A stretch of 64,000 nt of DNA from Lama glama (Eukaryota). Below the pieces are notes generated by a model. The model was not told the DNA's origin, searched no databases, and saw only the letters and a program-made list of their open reading frames with translations. The translations under genes and the position numbers were made by a program. Every line of letters begins with the position of its first letter. Position 1 is the first letter of the stretch. Location: the NCBI GenBank assembly GCA_028534125.1, contig CM052816.1, positions 89,530,001 through 89,594,000 of the forward strand, given 5' to 3'. This document shows positions 39,251 to 52,912 of the stretch, piece after piece.

Positions 39251-42200
39251 AAAACAAACAAACAAACAAAGAAAAACGTCAAATCACAAACCAAAAGCAA
39301 AACAAAACCCCAGAAGATAAAACAGCAACTACAAACATTGAACCCTCTAGGATTCCTAAATGAGCTGCAAAGAATACAACACTGTGACTTTTTGTCAGTC
39401 AACTATAGGTCAATTAGGAAAAAACAAAGCAAAACAAAATTCTGACATGAATCTAAGTTCTTCCAGAAACCGTATTATGAAAGATATTTTTATTAGTGGA
39501 GGCTTGTTACCTTTGGCTTTTATTTTTATTTATTGTCAAAAAATTATTTTTGTCTACTAAGATAAAAACCTTTAAAAATTGAAAAATGTCAGTATAATGT
39601 ACATTTAGGTGTATTATGTGACATTACATTTTATTATTTCATAAAACAATATTTCCCTTTAACAGATGTTACGAAAATGTTGTTTTCCCCTTTGGGGTAA
39701 ATAAGAGAACATTTCTAAATTTTATGCTATCCCTCATGGCTAATGAAGCAAAGTCGCCGTTCAGCATGTTTGGTTCTTCAATTTTTATTGAAACTCAAAT
39801 GTGTCTTTACAGTTTTATCCAAAAATTGAGAATTTCCTAAGCTTGGGTTTAAACAATCATTATTTGTAATGTAATTTATATATTTCATTACATTGTAAGG
39901 GTTTGTATTCTTATTCGGAAAGTATCTAACCTATAGACTCTGGATGTCATTTGTAATTTTCAAATAATATTGGTTAATGTGTGAGCTCATAGTTTTCAAA
40001 AAAAGTATCACTAACACTGGAGGTAGCAACACTTTATTTTAGAACTGGTAACGCTCAAATAGCATTTCACCTTAACAGCTAAATAAATCATGACATTAAT
40101 ATTTTAATATTGAAAAATGTTTTAATTAGAAGCCGTTTGTGAAAATGAGTGTGACTGTAGCAACTCAGCCCTAGTTTTGCCACTAATTAACTGTGTGATC
40201 TCAGGGACCCGTCCAGTCTCTTGCTTCTTTTTTCTAAATCTGTGAAAATAAAGTTTCAACTAGAATGACCTTAGAGTCATCTGTAAAAATTTCATGGTGC
40301 TTATGTATGTTTTATGATAGATTAAATGTGGTTCGATATTTTACAGTTTGGTCAGATGCCATGTATGTATATATCGATTACTGGAAAACGGTGCTTGAAA
40401 ACCAAAGGGTCTAACTTTAAGTGCTAAGTGTGCACGTTGTGAGCTGAGTTTTGTTTTGCCAGAACTACCTTCGTAGATCCATTTCATGGAATGGATAGGA
40501 GAGAATTTAGAGGGAGCCTTCATGATGCAGTCAGAGCTTGGCACTAAAGGAAGGGGTGTTGGAATCCTCTTTCCCTCCCAGGGATCCTACATTTCTTTCC
40601 CAACCAACCCACCCATTCGTTGTCAGAGGGACCAGAACAGTTGGCAGAGCAAATCTAAATCACGTTTGGTGAAAAAAATCATTGAATCAGGATCTGAATC
40701 AGACCTCTCCCAGCTACCCTCGTGGTCCGTACATCACGCGCAAGCCACTGATATGGATGCGTCCACCACAGCGCTTGCTTCTACTCTTGGATGTAAATTT
40801 CCTCGTGAATGTGGATCAAGGTGGATAGGAGAGAGGAGACTGAGGGACAAGGACAGAAAGTGGAGTTGGTGAGAAGCTAATTAGCAACCTGTTTGCCATC
40901 AGAGCTATTTTAAATGAACTTGTGGGCTCCCCTTGGTTTGAAAAAAGTAAGCTTCAATGAGAAGTATCATTACCAGTGATGACTACAGAAGCTAATAAAA
41001 ATAATCTCCCTGACTGGGGCCACCTCATTCTACCCAATTTAGTATTAACATACGATGGTATAAAAAAGAATCAAGTGATGTTTCAGGGTAAAAAAAAATC
41101 TGCTATGAAAAATATTTGGGGGCAGTGTATTCAGAGTCAGTACAGAATGTTTTCAAATGCAAGCTGTATATCAGTTTAACTTATAAAAACTCAAAGCCCC
41201 TTAGGACTCCAAGCACTAGAATGATAGCATAAATAAGGAAATACAATATGTGAGAAAACAAATAGAAAAATGCTTCCACAAGTTTGAATTCCTTTATGAA
41301 TTAAATAAATGAATGACATAAAAAATTCTTTTTAATTTTCTAGTATACAAAGAAATACATGGGTTTAAAATCCTGGCCAAACTCAAAGGGAAGAGAAAGA
41401 AATATACTAACCGAGACTAAAATACTCCTTAGACTAAAGACATCTCAAAGATACTATAGTTCATTCGTTTCATTCCAGATTACATTTCCAAACTTCAAAA
41501 ATACCAGAAATTATTTATAATATAATTTTGAACAAAGGACAAGCTCTGTATCTGTCTTTTTTTTTTCCCACACCATGGCTCTATCATGTTATGTTTTCTC
41601 AGGTGAACCACTGAAGGAAGTGCTACCCTTTTATTCTTGCAGGGTTTGATAGACCGTGGGGGACTCATTTGAATGTATTTATTTGCCTGCCAGTTTTTAA
41701 ATAAGGATTTAACTCTCAAAGTTATATATATAATTATTATCTTCACTCATTCTCTTTTCAATAAATTTGGCTTTGGGATGTTTGGGGAAACATTTAGTTT
41801 GGTTTCCAAACTTCAAAAAAAACTGTTTTCAGGAAAAATTAGGTGTTTGGGATTATTACTAGCCATACCCTGATTAAAAAATATATTTAAAATTATTTTC
41901 CTAGTGAGGCTGTTACTATTCCTGAAGGTTCATTTAACACAGTGGCACTCAATCACTCTCACGGAGGTTATTCTTTTGTTCATCCACACACAAGAATTGT
42001 TTACGGAGTATCTGCTGTGTGCCATCTGTTTCAGAAACCTCTACCGACCAAACATGAGTGCAGAACAATTCATTAGGCGCACACCTTCTCATCCCTGCTT
42101 CCACGTTTTTCTCTGAGTTGATTTGAATCTGCCTCTTACTAGACAGACCATATGTCCACATTCATCCCGATGTCCTGACGTAATTATAAAGGAAATCTCC

Positions 42201-42969
42201 TTCCACTCTTAAAAAGTGTCCCAGATTGTATGACTAATTATATGTTGATCTTTCTATTAAATAGGTATGTAACAAATCTAGGAATCCTTTGTCACTGGCA
42301 AGTAACTCTCTCTGTCTAGACGAGAGAGATGTTAGACTCTAAATTCAAACTCAACTAGTATCTTGAATTTTGAATCAAAGCATATATATCAGGAATATTT
42401 TCTTAAATTGGGGGCAATATGCAAATAGAAATTATTACAACAATAAACCCTGCATTATCCACTATGTTTCATTAGGGAAATATAACACTAATATTGGCAA
42501 AGGGTGCAAATTACCTCCGTACTTTGATAGTAATATTGATCACATTCTCCATTATATATGAACATAAATTCCCTTGACATCAACCACCAGCCATTTAAAC
42601 ATAGAAGAAAATAATGAATTATTGACAAAAGTAGGAAATTTTACTATAATAAATTAGGCAGTCTGTAGAAATAGATGCTTTAACCCCAAACAGCCTCCTC
42701 ACTTAGTTATAAAGATGAGCAGATATATACGTCGGATGATAAATAAAAACCTCTGGATAGAATGAAGTATGTTACTTGAGGACACTGCTTGGGTCACTGA
42801 CTTAGAAAGCTGTAGGCTGGATTTACACTAAAATAAATAGTGCATATTGACTGCATTCAGCAAAGTTTTTTTTCCCCCCAAATAAAGTGCTATCTTAGAA
42901 AATGTCCTTGAAATATAAGCTATGTGAATGGGAAGCTATTGTGTTCTGTAGTGGAGCATTTGCAGGGGG

Positions 42970-43088
42970 TAAGGAGGGTAACTAGGTTTATTTACTTATT
43001 TATTTATTTTTGGAGGACCTGGGGATTGAACCCAGGACCTTGTACATGCTAAGCATGTGCTCTACCACTTGAGCTATATCACCCCCCT
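42970..43088 (-). mobile_element. tRNA-derived SINE (camelid Vic-1-like)
   Basis: Reverse complement ggggggtgatatagctcaagtggtagagcacatgcttagcatgtacaaggtcctgggttcaatccccagg has Pol III A and B boxes, followed by (taaa)n and aaacctagttaccctcc. Confidence 0.85.
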
Positions 43089-43725
43089 CCTTGTAACAGA
43101 GCATTTCTGAAGCAGAGCCACACGTGGCATCAGCATTACATTTTCTGCTTTCTGTAATCACTCCCTTCCAAACAGTGACCCAGCGTTTCCCCATGTCTGT
43201 CATAATCTCCCCCATTGCATTTCCCATTACCTAGTCAGTATCCTTTTATTCCATACTTTTCCAGATGATTCCTTGACCCACCCTAAAGATGTTTTGTCTT
43301 TTTTTTCCCCCTTCATTCCCACAGGCTCGCGCTTGCCTCTTCTCTGCAAAATTAGATTCTACCCTGGACACTGTGACCCCCTCTTCCCACACAGAGTGGA
43401 CTTCCTGCTCATAACTATCCTCCCTTCTGGCTTGAATATCTATTACTCGTCCTCTCCATATTTTCAAGTCCTAGAAGCACATACACACGATGACATCTAG
43501 TTCCAATACAGGCAAAGCTTATCTGTATTGTTTAGGGATGTACATAACAAAGGGTTAAATTATAAAGAGGAGCAAAGAAATAATAGCAAAGCAAGAACAG
43601 AAGTAACTCTTTAGAGGTGAGGGGTAAAAGGGTGGTTGCGAGGGTGTCGGGTATGTTTTTTATCAGAGGATAGCTAACCTGGTGTTCATTTGCTTCATGA
43701 CCATTTGTTAAAGCTTGCATGTAAT

Positions 43726-44294
43726 CAGGATTGCTAAATAAAATACAGTGCACAGACATAAATACATAGATAAACACACAGAATACAGGATAGAAATGTG
43801 AATTTCAGATAAAAAAAATATACCTGCGTTTATGTGTGTGTGTGTGTGTGTGTATATATGTATACACCTACAGATATATTGCATAGGACATACTTATGCT
43901 ATACACGTATGTTAATATAAAAGGCTATAATATACTTATGATATATATGCTATAATATATTATAGCACAAATGTGTCCCATGCATAAAATCGGGATGTGT
44001 ATATGTGTGTGTGTGTATGTATACATATATGTGTATATAAATATATAAACTATATTTATAAAATATTTGCATATTGCATGGAACATACTTCATTGTATAT
44101 ATATATGTACACATATATATGTGTATGTGTACACATTATATATAGTGTGTAAATAAATACATATATTACACATGTATTTTTGTTCTGTTTCATCTCATAC
44201 TTATGTATAATACATAAACATATATTTTTGTTGTTCACCTCAAATTTATATTTAATTGGGTGTCCTGCATTATTTGCTAAATATAACAACTCTA
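43726..44294. mobile_element. MER53-like palindromic hAT MITE, expanded internally by TA/TG repeats
   Basis: Left arm caggattgctaaataaaatacag...tgaatttcagataaa; right arm ttgttcacctcaaatttatatttaattgggtgtcctgcattatttgctaaatataacaactcta; core atattgcat(a/g)g(g/a)acatactt repeated. Confidence 0.7.
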
Positions 44295-45238
44295 CATTAT
44301 GCTTGAATATATTTCTCTGATTATTATATTGTAAGGAATGTTTAAAATACTAAGTAATATTATAAACCCTAGAATATCGGCCAAGAAGAAGAAAACATTC
44401 TGTAAAGGTGAAGTAAAGGATTCTGGGCCTAATGACACAAAGTAGAAATGAGGTAATTCTTTTTCTTTGGTAATGGTTTAATACTATCAAATAGAATAAT
44501 TTGAAACTACTGAAAAACGGCCAAAGCAAAATAGCCAAGACCATTTTCTATCAGTTTATCCAATGGTTACAGCATTATTGGTAATAAGAACTAATTCCCT
44601 GTATTTGGTGAGTTAGCCTAAGCCACACGCCCAACAGGTCACTCAGTTCCTTGTTCTGTATTTTTATTTAAATAACAAAGTTGAGTATAGTAATGGGAAC
44701 ATCATCACCTTTGATGTGAGAAGTCATAAACTGCAACCCAAGCTTTTCCACCTGCCATTTTTGTGATCGTACGATACTTGGTATTTTCTTGTTGTTGTTT
44801 TACATTTTATCATGCAATTTACCCTAAGTGTCAGTTTCCTCATTTTAAAAATAAGGAAATCCCCAGTTTCGCTGTGAGTAACTATACTTAAATTAAAAAA
44901 AAAAAAGCAAGCAGAAAAAAAATGTATAAAAATGAAAACATAAGAAAATAAAATAGGAAAAGAAAGTTAATATAAAGAGCACTATGTAAATGGAAAAATT
45001 CCTATGAAACATAAAGTGTGTGCAAGTACAATAACATCTTTTGCAGCTTGACAAATAAATGCAGTTAATAATGCATGATACTATTCTAAAGGCCAAAGGA
45101 CGTAAAATATTACTAATTTGGTTTCCTACAAACATCAGAAGGAAATTGTTAAAGGTCCGGGGCCCTTCTTTCAGTTTTATGGAAACTGAAAATATCCTAC
45201 CTTTAGTGTATGTCCCTAGAAGGACTAGGTATCTAGAG

Positions 45239-45261
45239 ACACACACACACACACACACACA
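45239..45261. repeat. (AC)n microsatellite
   Basis: Direct reading. Confidence 0.9.
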
Positions 45262-45309
45262 TTCCATTGTTTTCCAGTCAAGATTTCATTCTGCTTTTGC
45301 AGCATCTTT

Positions 45310-46250
45310 TCCGCTCCGTGTAAACACAACAACCTGAGCCACGGATCCTGAAGGCACTGCCTGGCACATGAAAATATCATGGCGTTCCCCAGAAGATCAG
45401 CAGTCCCCAGTGTTGTTTTGTAGAGAGAATTGTTTTCCACATTCTTTGGGATGCTAAAAAGGCCCGCAGTGGTGTGCAGCAAGGGCAGGGAGCAGGGCCG
45501 TGTTACCGCGTAAGCCTGAAAGGGGAGCAGTTGATGACCGTGGTTGGGAACTGCTGATGTCATGTCGCCCGGAATATCCTTCTTCTTTCTCTAACCCTTC
45601 CTCCTCCTCCTTCTTTTCCTTAGCGATCGTAGTACTTTTTATCACCCTGCGACGCAGCAAGAAAGAGCCCCTGATCATTTCCGAGGAGGACGTGCGGGAG
45701 AACGTGGTCACCTACGACGACGAGGGGGGCGGCGAGGAGGACACGGAGGCCTTTGACATCACGGCGCTGAGGAACCCGTCTGCCGCCGAGGAGCTCAAGT
45801 ACCGCAGAGACATCAGACCCGAAGTGAAACTCGCCCCCAGGCACCAGGCATTGTCCACCCTGGAGAGCATAGATGTTCAGGAATTTATTAAGCAGAGACT
45901 GGCGGAAGCCGACCTGGACCCCAGCGTCCCCCCCTACGACTCTCTTCAGACTTACGCCTACGAGGGCCAGCGCTCGGAAGCGGGGTCCATCAGCTCGCTG
46001 GACTCAGCGACCACGCAGTCAGACCAGGATTACCAGTACCTTGGAGACTGGGGACCCGAGTTTAAGAAGCTAGCGGAACTCTATGGAGAAACAGAATCTG
46101 AAAGAACAACTTAGGGTTGGGGGGGCAGTTCTTGCAGCCTTCTAGAATTTGCTTCCCGATCAAGTGGAGATTAAAAACCTCAGCAATGGCAAGCGAGATG
46201 CTTGGGAACAGTACTTGGAACTGAGCAAGCTGAGCACAGCTACGGAAGAA
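45310..46250. promoter_or_regulatory. CpG-island-like segment over the last exon
   Basis: About 36 CpGs by hand count in the 491-bp coding part, against a CpG-poor AT-rich background. Confidence 0.6.
45624..46114 (+). CDS. CDH18: Cadherin-18 terminal coding exon (end of TM and cytoplasmic domain)
   Basis: Pyrimidine tract then tag|. Encodes (A)[44 protein letters not shown]...[13 protein letters not shown]...[22 protein letters not shown]. Contains the p120-binding ([10 protein letters not shown]) and beta-catenin-binding motifs; the C-terminus is recognised as CDH18. Confidence 0.97.
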
Positions 46251-46390
46251 ACAAGTGCCCTTTTCATGAACGGAACTGGGTTATTTAATCGGAAGAAAGT
46301 CAAATTAAAAAAAAAAAAAAGAAAAGCTATTGTTCCTTGTGTATATTTTCAGTTGCTCAATAAAGTCTGTGTACTGTTTAATGAAGAATA
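46115..46390 (+). other. CDH18: CDH18 proximal 3' UTR
   Basis: Sequence between the TAG stop and the first AATAAA; the cleavage site is inferred. Confidence 0.65.
46359..46364 (+). terminator. Polyadenylation signal AATAAA (proximal)
   Basis: First AATAAA after the CDH18 stop, followed by GT/T-rich sequence. Further AATAAA occur at 47717 and 48031. Confidence 0.6.
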
Positions 46391-48970
46391 CCTGAATTAA
46401 GCCAAACAATGATATTTGTTTCAATATTTTGTGAATTCTTTTCAAAAGCAAAACTAAACAAAAATGTTCGAAAGCACTTCTGGCTCTGATGTCTAGCGGG
46501 TGGTACACTGCAAATGAAACTTGCGAAGGTAATCACGACCCCTTTTTCCGCTTTTCTGGGTGGACTCTTGAGACCCACACCGTGTTATTGTGACACACCT
46601 CATTCGCTTTGTCTCGTGTTGAAACGGCTTAAGGTATTTCCCATAAACCAGGCCACCCTGTCACAGACTTGGATGTGCTTTTTTCTTTGCCCTCCCCACT
46701 TCTTTTCTCCATACGAAATTGATGGAACATGGGGATTTGCTGCTTGCACTATGATGTATGCAACTTATGTGCACCAGCCGTGCACGGATCTCAAGCACAG
46801 AGATTACTGTCTCTGTCCTGCCTGCCCCCTTTTATTTTAACAGGAGAACCCCCTGTTTTTAAATGGATGAAATGAATGTTTTAAGATATACTCAGATCAT
46901 CTGATATGTCAGGGAAAGATTTAATTTTAAGAAGATAGCTACAGACCATATCCTTTACAAAACGTTGAGTAACTCTATTCTTTTTTTTTTCATATGTTTT
47001 AGTACATTTATACCAGCAGTTCTGAATGTCCCTGTACCCAAAATTGTCAAAAATTTTGCTGATTGGTTTAGACTTCAGTCTCATTTGCTTATGTTTAACC
47101 TGACAGTCACCAAAAGAATGTAACTCACAGGATAACTGTGTAGTCTGAAAAGAATATCCTATTTACATAAACTTCATAGACTTAAGGTCCTTCTTCACAG
47201 AGGCTCAGGCTTGCCCCATCTCACTGACTGATTAGCCCTTTGTGTTTGGGATCTACCAAAAATCATGTAGGACTAGGAGCAAAATAATAGGAGGTTCATA
47301 TTTAACTATTCTCATATACATCTCCTAAAGCCACTGAGCTTCAGGGTCCCAAACCGCAAAACAGAGATGGCAAAGACTTCCCTGCCTACCTTACAGGGTT
47401 ACGTGAACATCAATAATCACCTGTAAAAATGTTCTGCCAACTGCAAAGTGTTCTATTATGTAAAGATGCACAAACACTATCTAATTTTCTAATTATATTT
47501 GCTTATAAATACATAGTGACATACATTTTGAGTAAAGTATATTATAAAGGGAGAATTTCATGAAACCATCAACAGTCAAGCAACCACTAACTAAACATAT
47601 AATATGAAAGTTTAACTCCATATTTTTCCAGATAAGCTGATTTTCTCTGAATTTCTTGGGGGTTTTCCCCTAAACTGTTTTTCAATAATAGTTGCTGTTA
47701 CTGATATTGGTCTTGAAATAAAAATTCATAGCATAATGATCCTATTCTTTAAAAATGACCATGTTTATGTATTTCAGACACATAGGAATTTTGGAACCCT
47801 CAAATTAAGATTTATTTCAAGGGGAAGTTTTTCCATTGCTCTTTACATTTACTATAATTCAGAGCTCTCAAAAGTTATATGATATTTTTCTGTCTGACTC
47901 TACTGATGTGCAAAATTTTGAATTTTGCCTCTGTTTGGAACTGCCCTGTGCTATTATTTTTCAGTTTTGAGGCATGGGAAGTAAGTAAATCTAATTTGAA
48001 TATTTCTCAATCTGTGTTTTCAGCCTGAGGAATAAAATGTAATTTACGTTTTTACATTTAGCTTTCCAGATGATGCTTTATCATTTTTTAAAAATATCAT
48101 AATGGTATGCTTTCCAGTATAAAGCTAAATCAAATCAGACACTCAGGGGCTTTGGGGAATAACCTCTGGAGGTACACACTCTGATTATTCTAATGCTGGA
48201 CTACATTCACCCTAAAAGAAGGGTACACCTGTGAAGAGCAAATGTGGATATAGGTGTTTTGAATTTCCTATGCAAAATGGACCGGGAAAACAAGGTTTTG
48301 GAAGTCCTTTAGGCTTTTGGATTTACATTTTTGATAAACTATTCACAATTTTGTTTTGTTTTGCTTTCTTTTTTTTCTTTTTTATTTTTTTTTAGTATTC
48401 ATCTGGCAACTTCACAGATAAAGGCTTGAAAGATGAGACTGTGTGCGAATGTGTGCATATGTTAAACCATTTATATGTAAAAGCCAAGGTCTTCTACATG
48501 GTTTTGAGTAAGAAAATATTTCCCTGATTTTGCTGAAAAAGCACCTCAGATCCTTCCAATTTTAATTACACATTAATTAATTAATGCTTCTAAGCCCCTG
48601 ATATTAAATCGAATATAGAGGCAAATTGGAGCTTCTGTAGTATTGAAATTATATGTTCCTGTGTCGATTTGTTTTAGAGTTTTGTTAATGAAAACATTCC
48701 AAATATTATTTTTATATAAACTCCAAAACTAAGCAATTATATCATTAATATATGGATGGATTGGGTCTCATATTTTTTATTGCTCTACTTCGAGTCAAAA
48801 AAAAAATAATGATATATAAATGCTCTGTAAATGGACCAAAGTCATTTAACACTCAATACTTTGCTTTAAAAGCTTCAGCTTATCAGTGTTAAATTTAAGG
48901 TAATTCTCAAAGAGTTTAGTGTGCAGAGTTTGCACATACTCTGAGCACTTTCTGGCCACGGATAATCAGC

Positions 48971-49033
48971 TATGGGATATGTGATTCCGTATGGAATACG
49001 TGTGGTTCCATATGGAATATGTGTGATTCCTTA
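48971..49033. repeat. About 21-bp minisatellite running into the gap
   Basis: Units tatgggatatgtgattccg / tatggaatacgtgtggttcca / tatggaatatgtgtgattcct. Confidence 0.85.
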
Positions 49034-49533
49034 NNNNNNNNNNNNNNNNNNNNNNNNNNNNNNNNNNNNNNNNNNNNNNNNNNNNNNNNNNNNNNNNNNN
49101 NNNNNNNNNNNNNNNNNNNNNNNNNNNNNNNNNNNNNNNNNNNNNNNNNNNNNNNNNNNNNNNNNNNNNNNNNNNNNNNNNNNNNNNNNNNNNNNNNNNN
49201 NNNNNNNNNNNNNNNNNNNNNNNNNNNNNNNNNNNNNNNNNNNNNNNNNNNNNNNNNNNNNNNNNNNNNNNNNNNNNNNNNNNNNNNNNNNNNNNNNNNN
49301 NNNNNNNNNNNNNNNNNNNNNNNNNNNNNNNNNNNNNNNNNNNNNNNNNNNNNNNNNNNNNNNNNNNNNNNNNNNNNNNNNNNNNNNNNNNNNNNNNNNN
49401 NNNNNNNNNNNNNNNNNNNNNNNNNNNNNNNNNNNNNNNNNNNNNNNNNNNNNNNNNNNNNNNNNNNNNNNNNNNNNNNNNNNNNNNNNNNNNNNNNNNN
49501 NNNNNNNNNNNNNNNNNNNNNNNNNNNNNNNNN
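49034..49533. other. Assembly gap (500 N)
   Basis: Run of N; the round size suggests a placeholder length. Confidence 0.99.
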
Positions 49534-52319
49534 AGCAATTTCTATATTTCATGTGTTTTTCAGAACAAATGCGAGAAAATGATTTCTAGAAATAGAAAGT
49601 AGTTATCATGTTGTTTTCAAGGTGTATACTTTCATCACATTTTCTCTCCCTGTGTCACTAATCATGATCTTCTTCATGGAAAAGTAATAAACTTGCATTC
49701 AGAAAAATATTCCATGACAGTCACTTTCTCATGAGCTTGAGGTTTCCTGCCATGATGTGGTTTGGTTTTTTAGCTCTTGCCACACGGTGCATTTCCAGTC
49801 TCCAGCAAGTCATACTGGCTTCATTCTTCCAAAAATAGCTGGAGGAGAATGTCATTTTTATTCATGTGAAATTTTGCAAATGGCTTAGATGATCCATTTC
49901 ATAAGCCACTGAAATTAAAAATGGAATTAAAATAGTGCTTTACTCCTTTCTAAGCATTTTTAATATCATGTTTTATAAGTTTAAAGTATAATTATAATTT
50001 GTTTTTAAATATCAGTGTATTTTGATACCCTTTCTTTTATCTAAAAGGAAAATTAGAAAGTGGTTTTTCAGAAAATCTAACACTGAGCAAGTTTTCCAGA
50101 TTTCATCACCTAAGGGATGTTTTCTTTCTTCAGTTGCACAGAATTTCTCATTGATCCCACAGTAATAATAAATGGAAGTTAGCATATCAATAAGACACTT
50201 CATTAAAATGTTCTTTTAAGCATATCTTCCAGTGTAGGTTGAAATGCAGTGCTGTGCTTAAGCCTCCTTTAATTTGTATTTCACTAAAGTCTACTCTGAA
50301 TATGTTTTCCAAAGTATAGGAAGATAAATGCCCCTTCACTGCCTCTTACCAGCTTTTTGTCCTTTCCTTTCATTGCAGTCTTCAGTTAGCTGCCCTGCCC
50401 TCCTTAGCTGTCTGTTTCAGTCTGAGAGAATGAGGAATACAGGAGAGTAAAAGGACTTACTGGGACAAATAGTCTTTGAAAAAATCAGGTCAAACAAAAT
50501 CAGCTTTCTTAATTCCTAATCAATGTCTTGAATTAAAATTTGAAAATGGAAAATATTAACAGAAAATATCTATACTTAGATTAACACGAGGAAAAAAAAA
50601 TCCCTTAGGATTTGAAACCCAGGATTGAGACCATGTCAGGAATCCATGATTATAACTACTTGTATAAGGTAAATGTCAATTTAAACACTGCTTAAATTCC
50701 TCTTCAATTTAAAATAGAAATCATACCATCTTGGTATTTGCCTCACGAAATTGTTCTGAATACCAGATGTAATCTTGTGTGTGAAACGCAGAAATGAGTG
50801 AGTCAAATTCTTGGTAAATTGAGCAGTATTATTATGATGGTTTCTTGCTCCCTCAACCTTCCCCAAACTCTCGCCTCAGTAAGTTGTGACTTGCACTGTA
50901 CATTACAGGTATGAAGGCTTCGCAAAGTTGTAGCATAAACTAAGCATGGTGATGTACCCTTTACAAAAAAGGCCAGTGAAAGAATCATTCTAGTATTAGC
51001 ATTTTCGATCCTTCTTTTCACCTTGCAGAGGACACAGGAAATTACAATCTCTATTTCACTATGTGTCTTGGATTTCCTTTAATAAATTTAGTACATAAGA
51101 ATCTAAATATAAGATTAAATGAATAAATTAGAATTGCATTATGAATTATACATTCTTTTCACTTCTGTGTTTCAGAATTTTTTTAAAAATAAAAATCAGG
51201 TTCTTTTGTTGATATCATTATTTTAAAAATAAGAAAAATAGTTTCTGTGATTTTTTGGAAGAAATGTAATTGAAATGTTTAGAGCAAGAATATTGGAGTT
51301 TCGTGAAAACTAAAAATTCAAGAGAAACAGAACTCATTAGCATAGGCATGAAGTATATTTTTCATGATTAAGGAAACACACTTTTATAATATTTGAAAGT
51401 TGTTCGGTGGGAATTACAGGGACTTTGTCATGGATAACAACACCAGGTTATTATGCAATAATTAATAAACACCCAAAATATAATAAACTCTCAAATATCA
51501 TCTAGTGCTTAGAAATTCTTAAATAGAAGATATTTGATGCAGGATCTAGAAGAAAACCTGGCCTTTCCTTCAAGTTCAATTTTTCCCTCCATTCTACCCA
51601 TAACATATAAACACCAGTGTTGATTTTTATTAATATATTATTAATTGTGATAGAATTACATCTCCAATATAGAATATAATCTATTCTCCAATTCAATCAA
51701 AGAAGAATGTTCCAATTTAGGAGGTATTGAATCAAGTAAAAATGATTTCTTTAGATGCTAATCCTTCACCTGCCAGACAATAAAACTTCATAGTCCACAT
51801 ACAGGAAAATAAATATTTTTTTTCCTTTTGAGGAAGTAGCATCAGTAAATTTTATTAGCACACAGTAATTTAAGACTATTAAGACAGATCTTATTGGAAA
51901 TAAGAATATATTATGAGAAAATTTTTACTTTCCTCTCTATTCTGACCACACACCAGCTCCTTTCTGTTAAATGTCAGTGTAATCTTCTTGTTCACTGACA
52001 AGGTAGAAATCACTGAATAAGTAAAATAACAGAATTACACACCTTTTCCTTTCCCAAATCTTATTTTCTTTCAACCAACAAATTTGACGACTAAGACTCT
52101 TCATGAATCCCTCTGAAGTCTACTTCAGTAGCTACTTATGTTTCCGTCAAAGGACCGTTCTCTCAAATCTTCATTCAGCCTTTACACAAAAAAGACCATT
52201 GAACAAGTCCCCTCTCCACCCCCACAAAAAAAGCAAAGTACACAAACATCAGTGCTGGTGGACTTGGACAGTTCTTGAGTGTTACTCCCTGGCACGTTTC
52301 ATCACTGCTTTGTGCCAGT

Positions 52320-52876
52320 GGTGTTTTAAAGAGGACCAACCAGCGACCGAGCCAGGTTGCACCTAATTTCTTGAAGAAAAAATTTAAAAATTGAAATTTT
52401 AATGTCCAAAAGGAAGTTCCTGATAAAGTTACAACAGAACAGACCCTGACAGCACAGAAAGAAAAGTAAACGAGGGATTATTTTATAAAGTGCTAGTGAT
52501 CGTGTTTGGCAGTTAGATAGAAATGAGCACCGACCGGGCAGGGGGAGACGAAGGGAAAAGGAGCAACCCAGAAAATAACAGTGCACCTGCTCTCAGGATA
52601 AGGGGCTCCAAAAACTTTTACTTTCTCTAAATGAGGGCCAGCAAAGAAGCAGGCTAGGATCGAACGCTGTGGCTGCGCAACAGAGAGAAGGACCCAACTT
52701 AACTTGGCCCAGTGCTCATTATAATGTAATTAACATTGCAGTTTGAGCCCCTCCTTTAGGTTTCTCTGTGTGCATCATGGGTAAGAACCTGCACAAAAGG
52801 GATGGGTGTGCCTGAGCACAAGGAACCTGAGCTGTCAATCAGCTTGAGCACTCAAAGAACCTGTGCCATAAATCAA

Positions 52877-52912
<36 letters not shown>

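Noticed and set aside
43000..43090. tRNA-like sequence with A and B boxes
   Set aside because: Followed by a SINE tail and present in a second diverged copy, so it is a SINE rather than a tRNA gene.
45500..45623. N-terminal extension of the 204-aa ORF (MLPRKPERG...SSSSFFSL)
   Set aside because: Read-through of intron and polypyrimidine tract; cadherin similarity begins at the acceptor at 45624.
48966..49589. Long ORFs of 173-205 aa
   Set aside because: Artefacts of translating the N gap; the NHTYSI repeat simply reflects the 21-bp minisatellite.
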